From assembly GCF_006345805.1 (NCBI RefSeq), contig NC_042999.1:125860001-125924000 (forward strand): DNA of 64,000 bases, in the 5' to 3' direction. Positions 14,940-29,969 of the stretch are shown piece after piece (the first letter of the stretch is position 1; each line of letters opens with the position of its first letter). Source of the stretch: Octopus sinensis. Taxonomy: Eukaryota. Made by a program: the position numbers and the translations under genes. The notes under the pieces were generated by a model that was not told where the DNA came from, made no database searches, and saw only the letters and a program-made list of their open reading frames with translations.

Positions 14940-15085
14940 TGGCTTTGTAGTAAGAAGTTTGCTACGAATCACCTGATTCCGGTTTCTGTCCCACAGCGTG
15001 GCACCTTGGGTAGGTATCCTCTACTATATCTTAGGGCCTTGTGAGAAGATTTGGTAGACAGAAATTGGAAAAAAGCTCGTCTAAA
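14940..15085 (+). mobile_element. SINE family B, 5' part
   Basis: GGCACCTTGGGTAGGTATCCTCTACTATA..GATTTGGTAGACAGAAA. Confidence 0.7.
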
Positions 15086-15159
15086 CACACACACACACAC
15101 ACACCACACACATATAATATACACTATATATATATCATATATATATATATATATGTATG

Positions 15160-15239
<80 letters not shown>

Positions 15240-15245
<6 letters not shown>

Positions 15246-15482
15246 TGCATAATTATTGCGGTTTTATTTTTTTTTCAACAAATTTAATTCAACAAAAACA
15301 ATAACAACATGTAACAAAAACATCTTTAAATGATTATTCCAGAGCTATTCACCATCTACTTCAATTACTGCTTCCCATTTGCTTGGCAGACGGTCAATTA
15401 AAGATGTTTTTGTTCAATATTGTATTTTGTTTTATTGATAAAATTTGTTGAAAAAAGCCGCAATAATTATGCACCAACCCAT
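15240..15482. mobile_element. Mariner-derived MITE
   Basis: TIRs tggtgcataattattgcgg / ccgcaataattatgcacca; internal minus-strand remnant DRLPSKWEAVIEVDGE of a mariner C-terminus. Confidence 0.8.
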
Positions 15483-15484
15483 AT

Positions 15485-15525
<41 letters not shown>

Positions 15526-15528
<3 letters not shown>

Positions 15529-16020
15529 TCATCATCATCATCATCATTTAACGTCCGCTTCCATGCTAGCATGGGTTGGACGGTTCAACTGGGGTCTGGG
15601 GAGCCCGAAAGCTGCACCAGTCCAGTCAGATCTGGAGTGTAGTTTCTACAGCTGGATGCCCTTCCTAACGCCAACCACTCCGAGAGTGTAGTGGGTGATT
15701 TTATGTGCCACCGACACAGGTGCCAGACGAGGCTGGCAAACGGCCACCCTTGGATGGTGTTTTTTATGTGCCACCGACACAGGTGCCAGACGAGGCTGGC
15801 AGACGGCCACGCTCGGATGGTGTTTTTTATGTGCCACCGACACAGGTGCCAGATGAGGCTGGCAAACGGCCACGATCGGATGGTGTTTGTTACGTGCCCA
15901 CAGCACGGAGGCCAGTCGATGCGGTACTGGCTACGGCCACGTTCGGATGGTTTTCTTGTGTGCCAATGCCACCGGCACTGGTACCACAAAGATACAAATT
16001 CCATTGATGTTCATCTATTT
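15526..16020 (-). mobile_element. RTE-related non-LTR element 3' end with (GAT)n tail and internal 63-bp tandem repeat
   Basis: (CAT)n followed by tttaacgtccgcttccatgc..ggatgcccttcctaacgccaacc; repeat units start at 15703, 15766 and 15829. Confidence 0.65.
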
Positions 16021-16094
<74 letters not shown>

Positions 16095-16095
<1 letters not shown>

Positions 16096-16355
16096 ATCAC
16101 TCTGTCGGTTACGACAACGTGGGTCCCCGCTGATACGATCAACGGAACGGGTGCTCGTGAAATTAACGTGCAAGTGACTCGGCATGACACAGAGTGTGAC
16201 TAGGCCGGCCCTTAGAAATACAGGTACAACTCATTTTTGCCAGCTGAGTGGACTGGAGCAACGTGAAATAAAGTGACACAACGTGTCGCCGGGAATCGAA
16301 CTAATAATCATACAATCATGAGCTGAATGCCCTAACCACTAGGTCGCGTGTCTTC
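16095..16355 (-). mobile_element. SINE family C
   Basis: Reverse complement of the 10133-10868 family. Confidence 0.8.
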
Positions 16356-16390
16356 ACAATATATCTATCTATCTATCTATCTATCTATTC

Positions 16391-16438
<48 letters not shown>

Positions 16439-16448
16439 CTCTCTCTCC

Positions 16449-16500
<52 letters not shown>

Positions 16501-16639
16501 ACATACACACATATATGTATACGTGTATAATATGGATGTGTATGCGTATGCCCGCTCGTGCGTGTGTAAAAACTTTCTTTGCCACTTTACTGATTATCAG
16601 TGTTCAATATCCACATCACCAACCTGATTAAAGTTGTGT

Positions 16640-16693
<54 letters not shown>

Positions 16694-17934
16694 CATGCGA
16701 GTGTGTCCGTTTGTGTGTGCATGTTTGTAAGTGTGAGTGCTTGCGTGTGTCCGTTTGTGTGTGCGGGTTTGTATGCGTGTGTATATGTGTGTGTGTTTGT
16801 GTGTGTGCGCTTGTGTATGTGTGAGTACGTATGTCTGTCTGTTGTGTGCATGTCTGTGTGTGTGTGTGTGTGTGTCCACGCGCGTGTCTGTGCGTATACG
16901 TGTTTGTGGTGGTAGCGGAGTAAGAGTGGAGGACGAGGTGCGTGATGTTATTTAGATCGAGTGAATCGTCGGGTTAGAGTCGTGGCGTTAAGGTCTGGCA
17001 TATATGTGTACCCATGTTAGTGGTGAGTAAGGGGAGATGTAATACAAAATGAATATTTTGTTTTTTAAGAGGGCTCAACTGCCTGACCAACAACCTATTA
17101 AGGTCTAGTCCATAAACAAATATTCTACCATTAGCATAAATCTCGGTTCTAGCGGCCGACTTAAATATGTGAAATAGCTTTAAAGTCGATGACAAAATAT
17201 GAAAGGGTAAGTGGTCGGCGAAAACCGTTGGTGTTTAACCCTAGCGCAGCCTTGATCGAGCTAAACTATGATCAAAAACATTCCGGATATGGCGATCACG
17301 TCTTAAATTTGTTTTTCATACACACTGTATCTAGGAGGTGACGAGATTTATCTTCCTGCTAGTGATATAAACAACAAGGCATTTTGCACCCAAAGCCAAT
17401 ATGAGAGTTTCTCTCATGGTATCTACTGCAGTTTAGTTTGTCCTAAACATCCACGTTTGAGTGGAGATAAACATTACCTCTCGGTATTAATATTGCCTCT
17501 GTCGCTAATATTTATATTTTTAACGAGCTCTCTGACTAATCGCGACACCAGTCCCAGTTCAAGCTCTGTTTTTCTATATATCGCTGGCGAGGAAGTCAGT
17601 CACTACTCTCTGTAGCGGTCGGGCATCCGTCATTGACGAGATCAGAAAAATCGAAATTACGTGATCTGGTGGTCTTGGCGTTGGAGGTGGTGGGGATTTG
17701 TCTCCCTGCTAGCGATGCACACGAGTGTGTATTGCACTAAAAGCCAATATGAGAGTTCCTCTCACGGTTCTACTACAGTCTAGTTTGTTCTAGCGGAACA
17801 AGTGGGGATAAACATCGTCTCACTGTATCTATGATGCATGATCAAAAATTTTCTTTTTTTCCTTTTCAATTTTTTCTTTAAAGACGGCAGGTTGTGATTT
17901 GAAGAAAATTTGGTTGGTTACATTTTTAGCAGCA

Positions 17935-18145
17935 GGAAGGCCACAAGCTAGCAGAATCATTAGAGCATCGGGAAAATGCCTTGCAGTATTTTTACTGGCT
18001 CTTTATGTTCTGAGTTCAAATTCCACGAAGATCAACTCTAATCTATCATCCTCCAGGGATGAAAGGTAGAGTTAAATACCACTATAGTATTGGGTCGATA
18101 TAACCGATTACTCCTTCAAAATTGGAGATCTTGCGCCTAAATTAA
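17935..18145 (+). mobile_element. SINE family A (old)
   Basis: gttctgagttcaaattcc and degenerate core. Confidence 0.65.
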
Positions 18146-19011
18146 AAATCAGTATTTCTTGTCGACTATATAAACCTGTTGTAAATTAGGCTTGTTACAT
18201 TAGCGAACATCTTAATTTGTATAATTGTGCTTTTGACAGTTCATCGTTAATTAAGTAACACATATTTAATGTACAGCATAGCTGAATCAGAAGATGGGTT
18301 TATGTCTGGTAATTCAGTTTATGTCTGGTAATTCTAAGACTAAAAACTCTATATACCAGTGTAAAATTATTTCCGGTACCAATGTCTTTTTTATATAAGT
18401 AGTTCTTCTTCTCAGTTATCTAAAAGAATTTCTAATCATTATTCTACATTTAGGGATAGTAATAAACGCAACGGTACAGGGCTTAGTAAATTCATTTGGT
18501 ATCTAAAAGATCATAATAAACAATTTAATGTACATTGGTTGATTCTCTCCATTTCATTCCCATACGATAAAGGCAAAGAATTCTGCCAACTCTGTAATAG
18601 TGAAATATTTTATATTCTATTTTCTAAGAATCCCGTTGTAAACACATTTATAGAGCGTGCTTATCAATGTAAACATTGGCAGAAACATATCTTTAGTTCA
18701 TATAAGTGATATCTACCACTATATATAATACGAACATTGATTTTCTTCTTACATTTCACTTCCACTAGATATTTCTATTTTCAAGTCTTTAAGCTATTAT
18801 TTTAATTCACATATCGCTCTATATTTCTCCTTTATTAGTTTTTTGCTTATTTCTTTCCTTTACCCCTTCTCTTTCTATAGGCTACCTTTGACGTTATATC
18901 TTCTAACGGTTAAAAAAAAAAAAAATTAATAGCATTCCGTTCATCATTATACACATTACATTCAACACATTCTGTTAAAATGTCTTATTGATGAGTTTAG
19001 TTTCTTTCATT

Positions 19012-19099
19012 CTTTCCTTGATGAGAAGATTACATTGTTTTACACCATTTTATTCTTTTGGAATAATACCAATGTTGTCTTCGAAGCATATGTCGGAAG
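19012..19099 (+). ncRNA. Type I hammerhead ribozyme motif, family H1 (degenerate copy)
   Basis: cuuucc UUGAUGA GAAGA..UCUUC GAAG CAUAUG UC ggaag; homologous to 63425-63507 and 63599-63681. Confidence 0.6.
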
Positions 19100-19227
19100 T
19101 AAGAGAATTTGAATTTGCATAACACCTGCGTTTAATTCCATATATATATATATACGCTGCTATATGTATATATATTATATATATATATATGTGTGTTTCT
19201 GTATGAATGTATGTATATATGTATATA

Positions 19228-19307
<80 letters not shown>

Positions 19308-19461
19308 ATATATATATAGATATTCATGTGTGCGCGTGTATATATATATATATATCTATATATATATATATATATATTATATGTCTGTATATGTATGTAT
19401 ATTTGCATAAATATACACATTCACGTACACATGTATTTATTTCTATGACGCCATGATAGAT

Positions 19462-19650
19462 CGTTAGCATTTTTCTCTCTCCTTGCTTCTCTCCTTGTTT
19501 TTTTCTGTGTATCTTTCTGTCGAAGAGCGTAGGCTCGAACGTAAAAGACTTTTTCTATTTCTATACCTGAGCGCTATACTTATACATTTGTTTGTTTGTA
19601 CTCCACCTACCTTCGTCTTTTGTTTATTTTCGTAAACTTTCCCTTTATAT
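19462..19650 (+). mobile_element. Family H2 repeat with hammerhead-like motif at 19512-19548
   Basis: tcttt CTGTCGA A GAGCGTAGGCTC GAA CGT A aaaga (one A of GAAA lost). Confidence 0.7.
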
Positions 19651-19670
19651 ATATGCCTAGTTAAAAACAT

Positions 19671-19717
<47 letters not shown>

Positions 19718-19726
19718 ATATATAGC

Positions 19727-20120
19727 GCAGGAGTGACTATGTGGTAAGTAGCTTGCTTACCACCACATAATCCTGGGTTCAGTCCCACTGCGTGGCACCT
19801 TGGGCAAGTGTCTTCTACTGTAGCCTCGGGCCGACCAAAACCTTGTGAGTGGATTTGGTAGACGGAAACTGGAAGAAGCTCGTCGTATATGTATATATAT
19901 ATATATATATGTGTATATATTTGTGTCTGTGTTTCTCACCCCAACAATCCTTTGAAAACGGATGCGCGTGTGTTTACGTCCCCGTAACTTAGCGGTTCGG
20001 CAAAAGAGACCGATAAAATAAATACTAGGCTTACAAAGAATAAGCTCTGGGGTCGATTTGCTCGACTAAAGGCGGTACTCCAGCATGGCCACAGTCAAAT
20101 GACTGAAAGAAGTAAAAGAG
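19727..20120 (+). mobile_element. SINE family B, full length
   Basis: A-box-like start, GGGTTCAGTCCC B box, 3' end CAAATGACTGAAAGAAGTAAAAG. Confidence 0.9.
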
Positions 20121-20144
20121 TATAAGAGCAAATCGACCCCAGAG

Positions 20145-20213
<69 letters not shown>

Positions 20214-20849
20214 GAAGGGCAACGAGAAACTCAGAGTAACAGATTTTGTTGAATTTTCTGCTGCTTTAAATAAAGCATATTACTCTACCACTGGTATTTG
20301 AGTACTCTTTTTTTCCACCTTGTTTCACATTTATGTGTTTACTCCGGTATATATATATATATAGGTAGGTATGTATGTATGTATGTATGTATGTATGTAT
20401 GTATGTATGTATGTATGTATGTATGTATGTATGTATGTATGTATGTATGTATGCATGTATGTATACATACGCATGCATATATGCATATTTCTTTGTATAT
20501 AAGTACACACGGTAGCGCGCGCGCTTGTGTTTGTGTGTGTGTGTCAATTGCATGTAACAGTCTTTATAAGTTTGTTTAGACACGGATCTTTTATGTACTC
20601 AAGCGTCGATCAAAGAATACATACAAACCTCTGTCTTTCTCTTGCTCTCCACTTACTCACAAACGTCTGCCTGCGAGTTCCAATTATAAATTATAGTCTA
20701 CAACTGTACCAATTCTTTCTTCAACAGTCAAAACACACAGAAATGCCAGCTGGTGTGTATAAATATCACAGCACTGTGTGAACAAGTATATTGATAGTGT
20801 AAGGAAAGTAGAAAGAAAAATAATATCAATAGTAATAATAATGAAAATT

Positions 20850-21063
20850 CTTTCTAATATAGGTAGAAGGCTAGAAAGTTGTTAGGGGGTGGGTGTAAGT
20901 CGATTATATCGAATCTAGTACTAGACTGGTACGTATTTTATCGGCCCTCAGAGGGATGAAAGGCGAAGTTGGCCTCGGTGGAATTTTAACTCAGAACGTA
21001 AAGAGCCGGAACAAATATAGCAAATAACTTTGACGCTCTAACGATTCTACCAACTCACCGCCC
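20850..21063 (-). mobile_element. SINE family A
   Basis: Core motif. Confidence 0.75.
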
Positions 21064-21387
21064 CTAATAATAATATTAGTTTCTAATATATGTAAAAAGC
21101 CTGAAATTTTGTGGGAGGGAACAGCCGGTCGGCTTTCGCCTTTCATCCTTCCGGGGTTGACAAAATATCTTCTAGTTTAGTAGTACTTGACTTGAATGGT
21201 AGGAGTCGACCTTAATAGTGTTTGAATTCAGAACATGAAAGCTCGTGACTCAATGAGTTCTGAGTTCGATTTCTAACAGAGACATTATGCTACACATATT
21301 TTGAAGCAAGTATTGCCGATTTGATCAGTTCACCAGGTTAGTGATCCTTAATAATAATCGTAAAAGTATTGCAGCATTAATAAGTAT

Positions 21388-21620
21388 CTATTCCTTTACT
21401 ATCCACAAGGAGCTAAACACAGAAGGGACAAAAAAGGACAGGCAAACGGATTAAGTCGATTATATCGACCCCAGTGCGTAACTGGCACTTAATTTATCGA
21501 CCCTGAAAGGATGAAAGACAAAGTCGACCTCAGCGGAATTTGAATTCAGAACGTAACGGCAGACGAAATACGGCTACGCATTTCGCCCAGTGTGCTAACG
21601 TTTCTGCCAGCTCGCCGCCT
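21388..21620 (-). mobile_element. SINE family A, long-tail subfamily, monomer
   Basis: Full-length with TGTCCTT..CCCTTCTGTGTTTAGC tail. Confidence 0.85.
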
Positions 21621-22269
21621 TATATTGCAGTATCACGAGACTGACAGAACGTTGAATGATAAGTGCACTGGACAACTCCGTGTTTCACACACAAACACAG
21701 CTACACCTACCTCTTGTTTATATTAATTTGTTACGGATTAGATATGTAACGCTTAACAGTAAAAGAAATCGGAAGCATAATCTATTACACACCCGACATT
21801 CGCCTTTGGATCTTGAAATCGGGGATATTTTCCAAATTATTTTCTTCTTCCCTTATTTATTATTGCTGGTGATACATGTTTTTCACGGCTCAATATTTCC
21901 ATGCTTCAGATGAACTTCAGTTCGCAGAGCCAACACTGAAACTACATGAAATCGTTGTCGGGATATTTCTTTCTTTTCCCTTTCAGCTGGTATGGAACAA
22001 TGCCAATTGTTATCTACCCTTTTTTTTTGCATGATCGCATCCATTTTTCTCAGTCTTGTATGTCATTTTCCCAGTTGTCAGAAGCTGAAAAAAAACAAAA
22101 AAAACAAACGAAAACACGTATACTCACATGCGCGCGCATGCACAGATGCACATGAGCGAAGGATTCCTTCGGCCACTACGTGGTTTCATGACCTGCTAGA
22201 AATAGCAAACAAATCTTCAAATCACACTCTGCCGTCTTAAAAATAGGAGATGTGTATCCAGGATAATAT

Positions 22270-22685
22270 ACTTTTCTACTCTAGGCACAAGGCCCGAAAC
22301 TTTTTGGGAGGGTGCCAGTCGATTAGATCGACCCCAGCACGCAGCTGGTACTTAATTTATCTACCCCGAAAGGATGAAAGGTAAAGTTGACCTCGGCAGA
22401 ATTTGAACTAAGAACGTAAAGACAGACGAAATACCGCTAAGCATTTCGCCCGGCGTGCTAACGTTTCTTTTTTCTTTATTGCCCACAAGGGGCTAAACAT
22501 AGAGGGGACAAACAAGGACAGACAAAGGGGTTAAGTCGATTCCATCGACCCCAGTGCGTGACTGGTACTTAATTTATCGACCCCGAAAGGATGAAAGGCA
22601 AAGTCGACCTCGGCGGAATTTGAACTCACAACGTAACGCTAAGCATTTCGCCCGGCGTGCTAACGTTTCTGCCAGCTCGCCGCCT
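22270..22685 (-). mobile_element. Two nested or tandem SINE A copies
   Basis: Two cores; junction near 22468. Confidence 0.85.
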
Positions 22686-23244
22686 TTATTCAGGATAATA
22701 TAGTTCTCGATACATTATATCTAAGACAAAGACATGTTTGAGCATCTATCATGGTAGGCCTAAAGCTAAACAACTACAACCACCACCACGACCACAACAA
22801 CAACAACAACAACAAGAAAAATAGCAGCCGTAACAACAGCAACAGCAACAACAACAACATTGACACGCATCACAAATAGATGATAATTTAATAGTAGTGT
22901 CGCATACATAGACAAATGTAATGCAGGAAGTGAAACCAATATCCTCTCTAGCTAGGTTAACTGATAGGTAAATAATATAATATAATATACAGGGCTGCCG
23001 AACTTTGTAGACAAGTTTCAGGTATTTGTGTATACACTTTACAAAATAATGACCAGCAAGGTCGATACACGAGGAATAGTTAGAACAGTGTCTGGTTTCT
23101 TGAAGATAAATGTATCTTTTCTAGCAAAGAAAACTTACGGGTATCAGGTCAGCATGGGTTTGATGATGATGATGATGATGATGATGACGAACAACAACAC
23201 CACCAACGACAACGACTATAACAACACTAATAATACTGGTTTCA

Positions 23245-24500
<1,256 letters not shown>

Positions 24501-24504
24501 TAAA

Positions 24505-24560
<56 letters not shown>

Positions 24561-24577
24561 AATAATAATAATAATAA

Positions 24578-25131
24578 AAGCCCTGATGCAGTACTAGGCA
24601 GTGGCTCTCGTGGCTTCTGATCTTAACTGATTGGAAGTGTTGTACATTGTTTTCTCTTGGTATAAAAGATGGGCTACAGCAAATATTCTGCTAAATACCA
24701 CAGATTTGCTTGTCAGTTGTTTGACCTTAATCAGTTGACCATGTCCCTTAGTGGCTGACGATATGTGCATCTCTGATCATGAGCAGAAGTAGTGGGGGAG
24801 CATCATAGCCATGTGCTGAGAGGGATTCTTTGAGGTTTGGATAATTCGCCTTTTGAAACATGGGTGTTTCGTTCAACATCCTTAAACAATCCTTATTCAA
24901 GGACCTTTTGAGCCGTATGGGTTACTCGATCAGAAGAAAATTCTAACTGGGCCCCACCTGCAAGGTCATGCGCTGTTTATCTTGATATGAGATCACCATG
25001 TCGCGCACATATGGTTGAGATGCATGTTCCTGGTGTACCCTTATCAGACGGGTAGTCATGATGGGTATACTGGGCATCGTATATTATTTTATCCCAGTGT
25101 CACTTTGGTGGCATGCACTACTCTCTCACCC
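24578..25131 (+). mobile_element. Putative 3' fragment of a non-LTR element lying within an (AAT)n tract
   Basis: About 550 bp of complex sequence bounded on both sides by (AAT)n; no ORF. Confidence 0.45.
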
Positions 25132-25171
<40 letters not shown>

Positions 25172-25184
25172 TTAATAATAATAA

Positions 25185-25215
25185 CTAGCTGGACCCGTAA
25201 AAACTTCACGGAAAA
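25185..25215 (-). mobile_element. Helitron 3' terminus
   Basis: a|CTAGctggacccgtaaaaacttcacgg: minus-strand CTAG end, with subterminal hairpin ccgt..acgg. Confidence 0.55.
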
Positions 25216-25449
25216 TATAAAAAATGCATGCATCTGTAATTTGTGTGCTGGTACCATGAGAAATGTTTCTATATCGTGACATTTACAGAATATAGAAGGA
25301 AGTATAAAACTGATAACTATATAATCCAACCAAAATATCTCAGTTACGCAAACTGAAACCGAATTACTATTTAGTTTTAAAGTACATCATACATATTCTA
25401 TGAACCTTCTTGGTTTAGTGGTACGGAACGTTCTTCCGGTATTGTTTTA

Positions 25450-25722
25450 TTTTTTTACTTGTTTCAGTCATTTAACTGTGGCCATGCTGGAGCACCGCTG
25501 TTTAGTCGAAGAAATCAGCCCCTGGACTTATTCCCTGTAAGCCTGGTGTTTTTTCTATCAGTGTCTTCTGCCGAACCGCTAAGTTACGGACACGCAAATA
25601 CACCAAAATTGGTGGTGGGGGACAAACACAAACACACGCACACACATAACGGGCTTCTTTCAGTTTCCGTCTACCAAATCCACTCACGAGGCTTTGGTCG
25701 GCCGAGGCTATTGTTGGAGACA
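25450..25722 (-). mobile_element. SINE family B, 5'-truncated
   Basis: Reverse complement of 19727-20120. Confidence 0.8.
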
Positions 25723-26234
25723 TTCTATAAAGTATAGAATTGAATTTCGTGTAGCCACCCGTTGGCAACTTTTCTCCCTCACCCATTTTGTAGGGGATAT
25801 TGTCCATTTTTCTGGGCTTTTTTCATAGCTATACCCTGTTCGAAATTCGCATTAGTTTTTATATGAAAAAAAGAAAAAATGAAAGGCCAAGGGCTTGTTT
25901 GTAGTATGTAGAGAAAACGTTAAACGTGCCTGAAAAAGAAAATATGGTCTGTCTCCCCAACTAAAAGACATGAAGACCTATCAAACAAGGCGAATAGGTA
26001 CTGGGGGTGGGGGAAAGAAGGGAGAACTAACACTCGATCTTTCTAGAACTCCCACAATGAAAACCCAAACACCTGAAAGACTTTTCCTTTATTCATTACT
26101 AAATCTCTTTCCCCTCTTCTTCATTGTTAAAAGTAAAGATCGATCGTATTTCAGTCTAATTGTCATTTCAAATGACTGAGGTTTTCCTTTCCCTGTCTCT
26201 ATCGTTTCACTCCTTTTCTCTATGGTTAAGAGAG

Positions 26235-26535
26235 TGAAGGTACGTGGTTAGGGGTATTCGGCCCACGGGTATGATTCCTTGTGGTGCGCTGTGTTCTTGA
26301 GCAATGCACTCTACTTCACCTTGCTGCAGTCCACTCAGCTGGTAGAAATGAGCTATAGCTGTAATTCAAAGGGGCCAGCCTTGACACATTCTGTGTGAGG
26401 CTGAATCTCCCTGAGAACTACCTTATGATATGCATGTCTGTGGAGTACTCAGTCACTTGTGCGTTAATTTTACGCGCAGACTGTTTCGTTGATTAAATAA
26501 ACAAGGATCTCGTCGTCATAACTGACGGTGTGCCA
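26235..26535 (+). mobile_element. SINE family C
   Basis: CAGTCCACTCAGCTGG..CTGAATCTCCCTGAGAACTAC shared with 10133-10868. Confidence 0.8.
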
Positions 26536-26699
26536 TTTTTTAAAAAGAGTGAAAGGAAAGGAAATATTCCATAGCGTAAGGCAAAAATGTCATGTGTTTA
26601 GTTATAAGCAGTGAAAGCTAAGACGAAATAATTGCTATTCCGTCGTGTAGGGACTTCGCCCTCGACTCACTCTCAGTTTGTTAACAACAGCCTGTGCAA

Positions 26700-27420
26700 C
26701 AGTATTTATCTGGGTGTTGGCCTCCAGATCTGTAAGACCCACAAATGCCGTTGTTAGGACCGGGTTAACACCCATAGTCACCTAAACGATTAAAAATATT
26801 TTCCTCCAACTCACAGGTCTACACTTGGAGCAGTGCCATCCATCCACTCTTGCCATTTTTGCAACTTTCATCCACCTTTTCATAAATTCACTCGAGGACA
26901 ACACTTCTCTCTTCACCCTCACTTTCCTTTCTCAAGTGAAACTTGAAAAACTCGATGAGGGCTTTACCAAAGAGGAATGTCTTTGTCCTCATTCCTTTCA
27001 GCCTCATCCACCATACAACCTCTTTCGCCACATACACCAGACAAAGGAAAACTGCCTTGCCTGCCCAACTAAAGGAGGACGGTGGGACAACCATCACGCG
27101 ACAGTAGCTCTTTGATATAACTCCACAAGTCAGCAATGCTCGGACACTGAACGAGTGCATGTAGAATGGTTTCATCTCTCTGCGTGCACCTCGGACAAAC
27201 CCATTTGACAGCACATTCGTGCCTGTAGAGTTTATATTGGCCAAAATCTTAAATTCTGTTTAGTAGAGTTATGGGCCGAAAATTCCCTAACATGTTCCCA
27301 TTGTCGACGTTCTTTCTCAGCAACGTTACCACACCCCAGCAAACAGCACTTTGAATTCTCCCGTTTTGCTGTCAGTTACGGTAGATGTCTGCCAAAAGGC
27401 TGCCAAATAAATCTGGCATG
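26700..27420 (-). pseudogene. L1/Tx1-like LINE ORF2 C-terminal fragment
   Basis: Homologous to 42400-42900; includes the ETILHALVQC-type zinc-knuckle region and KFHLRK motif. Confidence 0.7.
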
Positions 27421-28114
27421 AATATCTAGAATTCATAGGACAGACCAGGTAAATTATATCCTATGTTATATATGTGTGTGTGTGCGTGCGTGTTGTGTGT
27501 GTGTTGTGTGTGTGTGTGTGTTGGAGAATGTTTATGTGTGTAGAGGATGCTCGGGAAACCCGGGAGAGGAAGAAAACAGACAAGTAAGCTAATGTGAAAT
27601 GCAAATGATACTGTCGCATAAAATAAAAATAAAAGCAAACTATTTTTACTCTATAATTAATCGTTCGAAGTAGCCGGTCGGGAACAGTCAATTTTAGTGG
27701 ACAGAGTGGTTAGTGGTGTTGGTGGTGGTAATAGTACTGTTTATGGTGATAGTATTGACAGTGATCGTAGTCTGTTTTGGTGGCTGTGGTGAGTTCGTGG
27801 TCCTGTTGTTTGTTGTTATTGACAGTGATATTTACGGTGATGGTGTTGGTGGTCTGTCGTTGTTATTGTTAGTGTTATTCACTCTATGTAGACCTGTAAT
27901 AAAAGACATTCCAGCCATGGCCATTATGCTTTTTTAGCAACATGTATTCTGCCCATATATAAAAGAGTAATGTGTAAATTTATGGGGAGCTAGTTGCTAT
28001 TTCTAGCTGGTCGAACGACTGTGTAGAGGAACTCTAGTATGTGGTTGTCGTTGTTGTTATTGTTGTTGGGTGGTGGTAGTGGTTAGTGAGTTCGTAAAGG
28101 AAATATGGATTTGT

Positions 28115-29420
28115 CAGCACAACTTGACCAACCCTGAGGAACTGTCTTTCACACATGCTGATGGAAACAGAAAGATGCTTGAAGTGAAATGGCATATCGG
28201 ATGGGATGCCGAGAATACGTAGAATGAAAACATCTCCCTTGGTACAGCAAGATAATGGTGATTCCGGTCACATGGAGAATAGGAATTTTGACTGCTAGTC
28301 TTGTACCGTTACGGAGTAATTTGTGCATCCAAATTTCATAGTAACATACAGCGCGTTCCTACTTTCAGGCGATACACGAATGGACTCAAGAGAATTGAGA
28401 AACTCTATAGGATATTTAACAGCATTGTTAACATTAACTATTGTGTGAACTGAATTGTACCATTTGGATTGGGTTCGTGCCTGTTGAATGATGATGGTAT
28501 TAATATCCTGTGTAATGTCATTTTTGGGAGTCTGAGTGGGTAAGTCCATAAAGCCACAAATGCTTTCTATAATTCTTCAAGAGGTTATGGGTAAACCTGA
28601 AGAGCATTTCTTGAGTGGATGATTATTTTAAATATTTTGACATCTTCACTTGCAATGTCACTTGGTAGCTGACCATTGCTTTCAGATGAAATAAATCTCT
28701 TACAAATCAGGCTGCCGAGATATCTCTATTAGGTACAATTCTCATGGTGGTAGAAAGATGAAATTTTCCCTTTCGTCTTCAAATATGAAATTCTTTAAAG
28801 TATTCTCTTTCATCAGCAAATGTACTCTAGGATGAGTGACCAAATTTGTGTGAAATAACCGGAGAGTAAAGACTGACTCCAGCCTTGATGTAAATGTTAT
28901 CTCTCAAGTATTGTAAGGTGCCAGTTTGTGAGATATTACGTATGTATCTCATAGTTTCAGAACCTCTGTCTGTTCAGGCCTTTTTTCAGTATTGTATACA
29001 AGATTGTTGATACTTGCACGGTTGAGTAGTAAATTGAAAAGCAGAATGAATAATCCTACCACATGTAGCCACTGCAATAGCAATCTTCTTGAATGAACAG
29101 ATTTTAGCAAACCTAGGTTGATCAAATAAATATTTTTCCTGTTCCTTCAGAAGCACCAAGGAAAATTATTCCACTCAAGTTAAATGTTATAAATTGTTAA
29201 ATCCTTAGATAAACTTATCCCATCTGGAAGCAATTTTGAAGTATATATTTGTCAACTAAGAGTTTCAACACCAGCTCGTGCTGCAGTCAGACGTTCACAC
29301 GGTTCAAAATTCTTAACAGCCATGGACAGCACTGTATTTTCAATGAAGATTAATGCTCGGTTGTGCATGACATAGGTAAACTCTAGTTGTGAGTGTTCTA
29401 CGGACAAATCAAGCAAATAT
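28115..29420 (-). pseudogene. Helitron RepHel Pif1-family helicase fragment
   Basis: PKNDITQDIN..YNSVHTIVNVNNAVKYPIEFLNSLE, CNGTRL-like and Walker A (FLGASEGTGK) remnants; many stops and frameshifts. Confidence 0.88.
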
Positions 29421-29435
29421 TTTGAGGTCCTGGAA

Positions 29436-29511
<76 letters not shown>

Positions 29512-29846
29512 CGTGAGTATGTGCGCGCGCACTTGTGTACGCACACACACTTGAAAAATGTTTAGATATGTATAAAAACAGCGGACATTAACTGAATTAA
29601 GGAGATTTCATATAAATATAGAGTCTGCTATTTTACAAAATTTTATTGCCTGGCATATTGACTGTGAGTTTCGCTGGCTGCATGGCTTGTTTTTAGTTTG
29701 AATAAGCTACATCCAGTGAAAATATATACATACACATTTGTGTGTGTGTATGTGTTTACATAAGTATATACGAATATGTGTGTACGCACACACATACGCG
29801 CACACACACACACACACACCACACACACATACACACACACACACAT

Positions 29847-29877
<31 letters not shown>

Positions 29878-29897
29878 CATACATACTTATATGTGTA

Positions 29898-29969
<72 letters not shown>

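Noticed and set aside
15698-15955. CRISPR-like regular repeat
   Set aside because: Units are contiguous with no unique spacers, the context is eukaryotic and there are no cas genes.
18150-18900. Possible very old RT fragment (FANVTSL-like motif on minus)
   Set aside because: Too degraded to support a call by eye.
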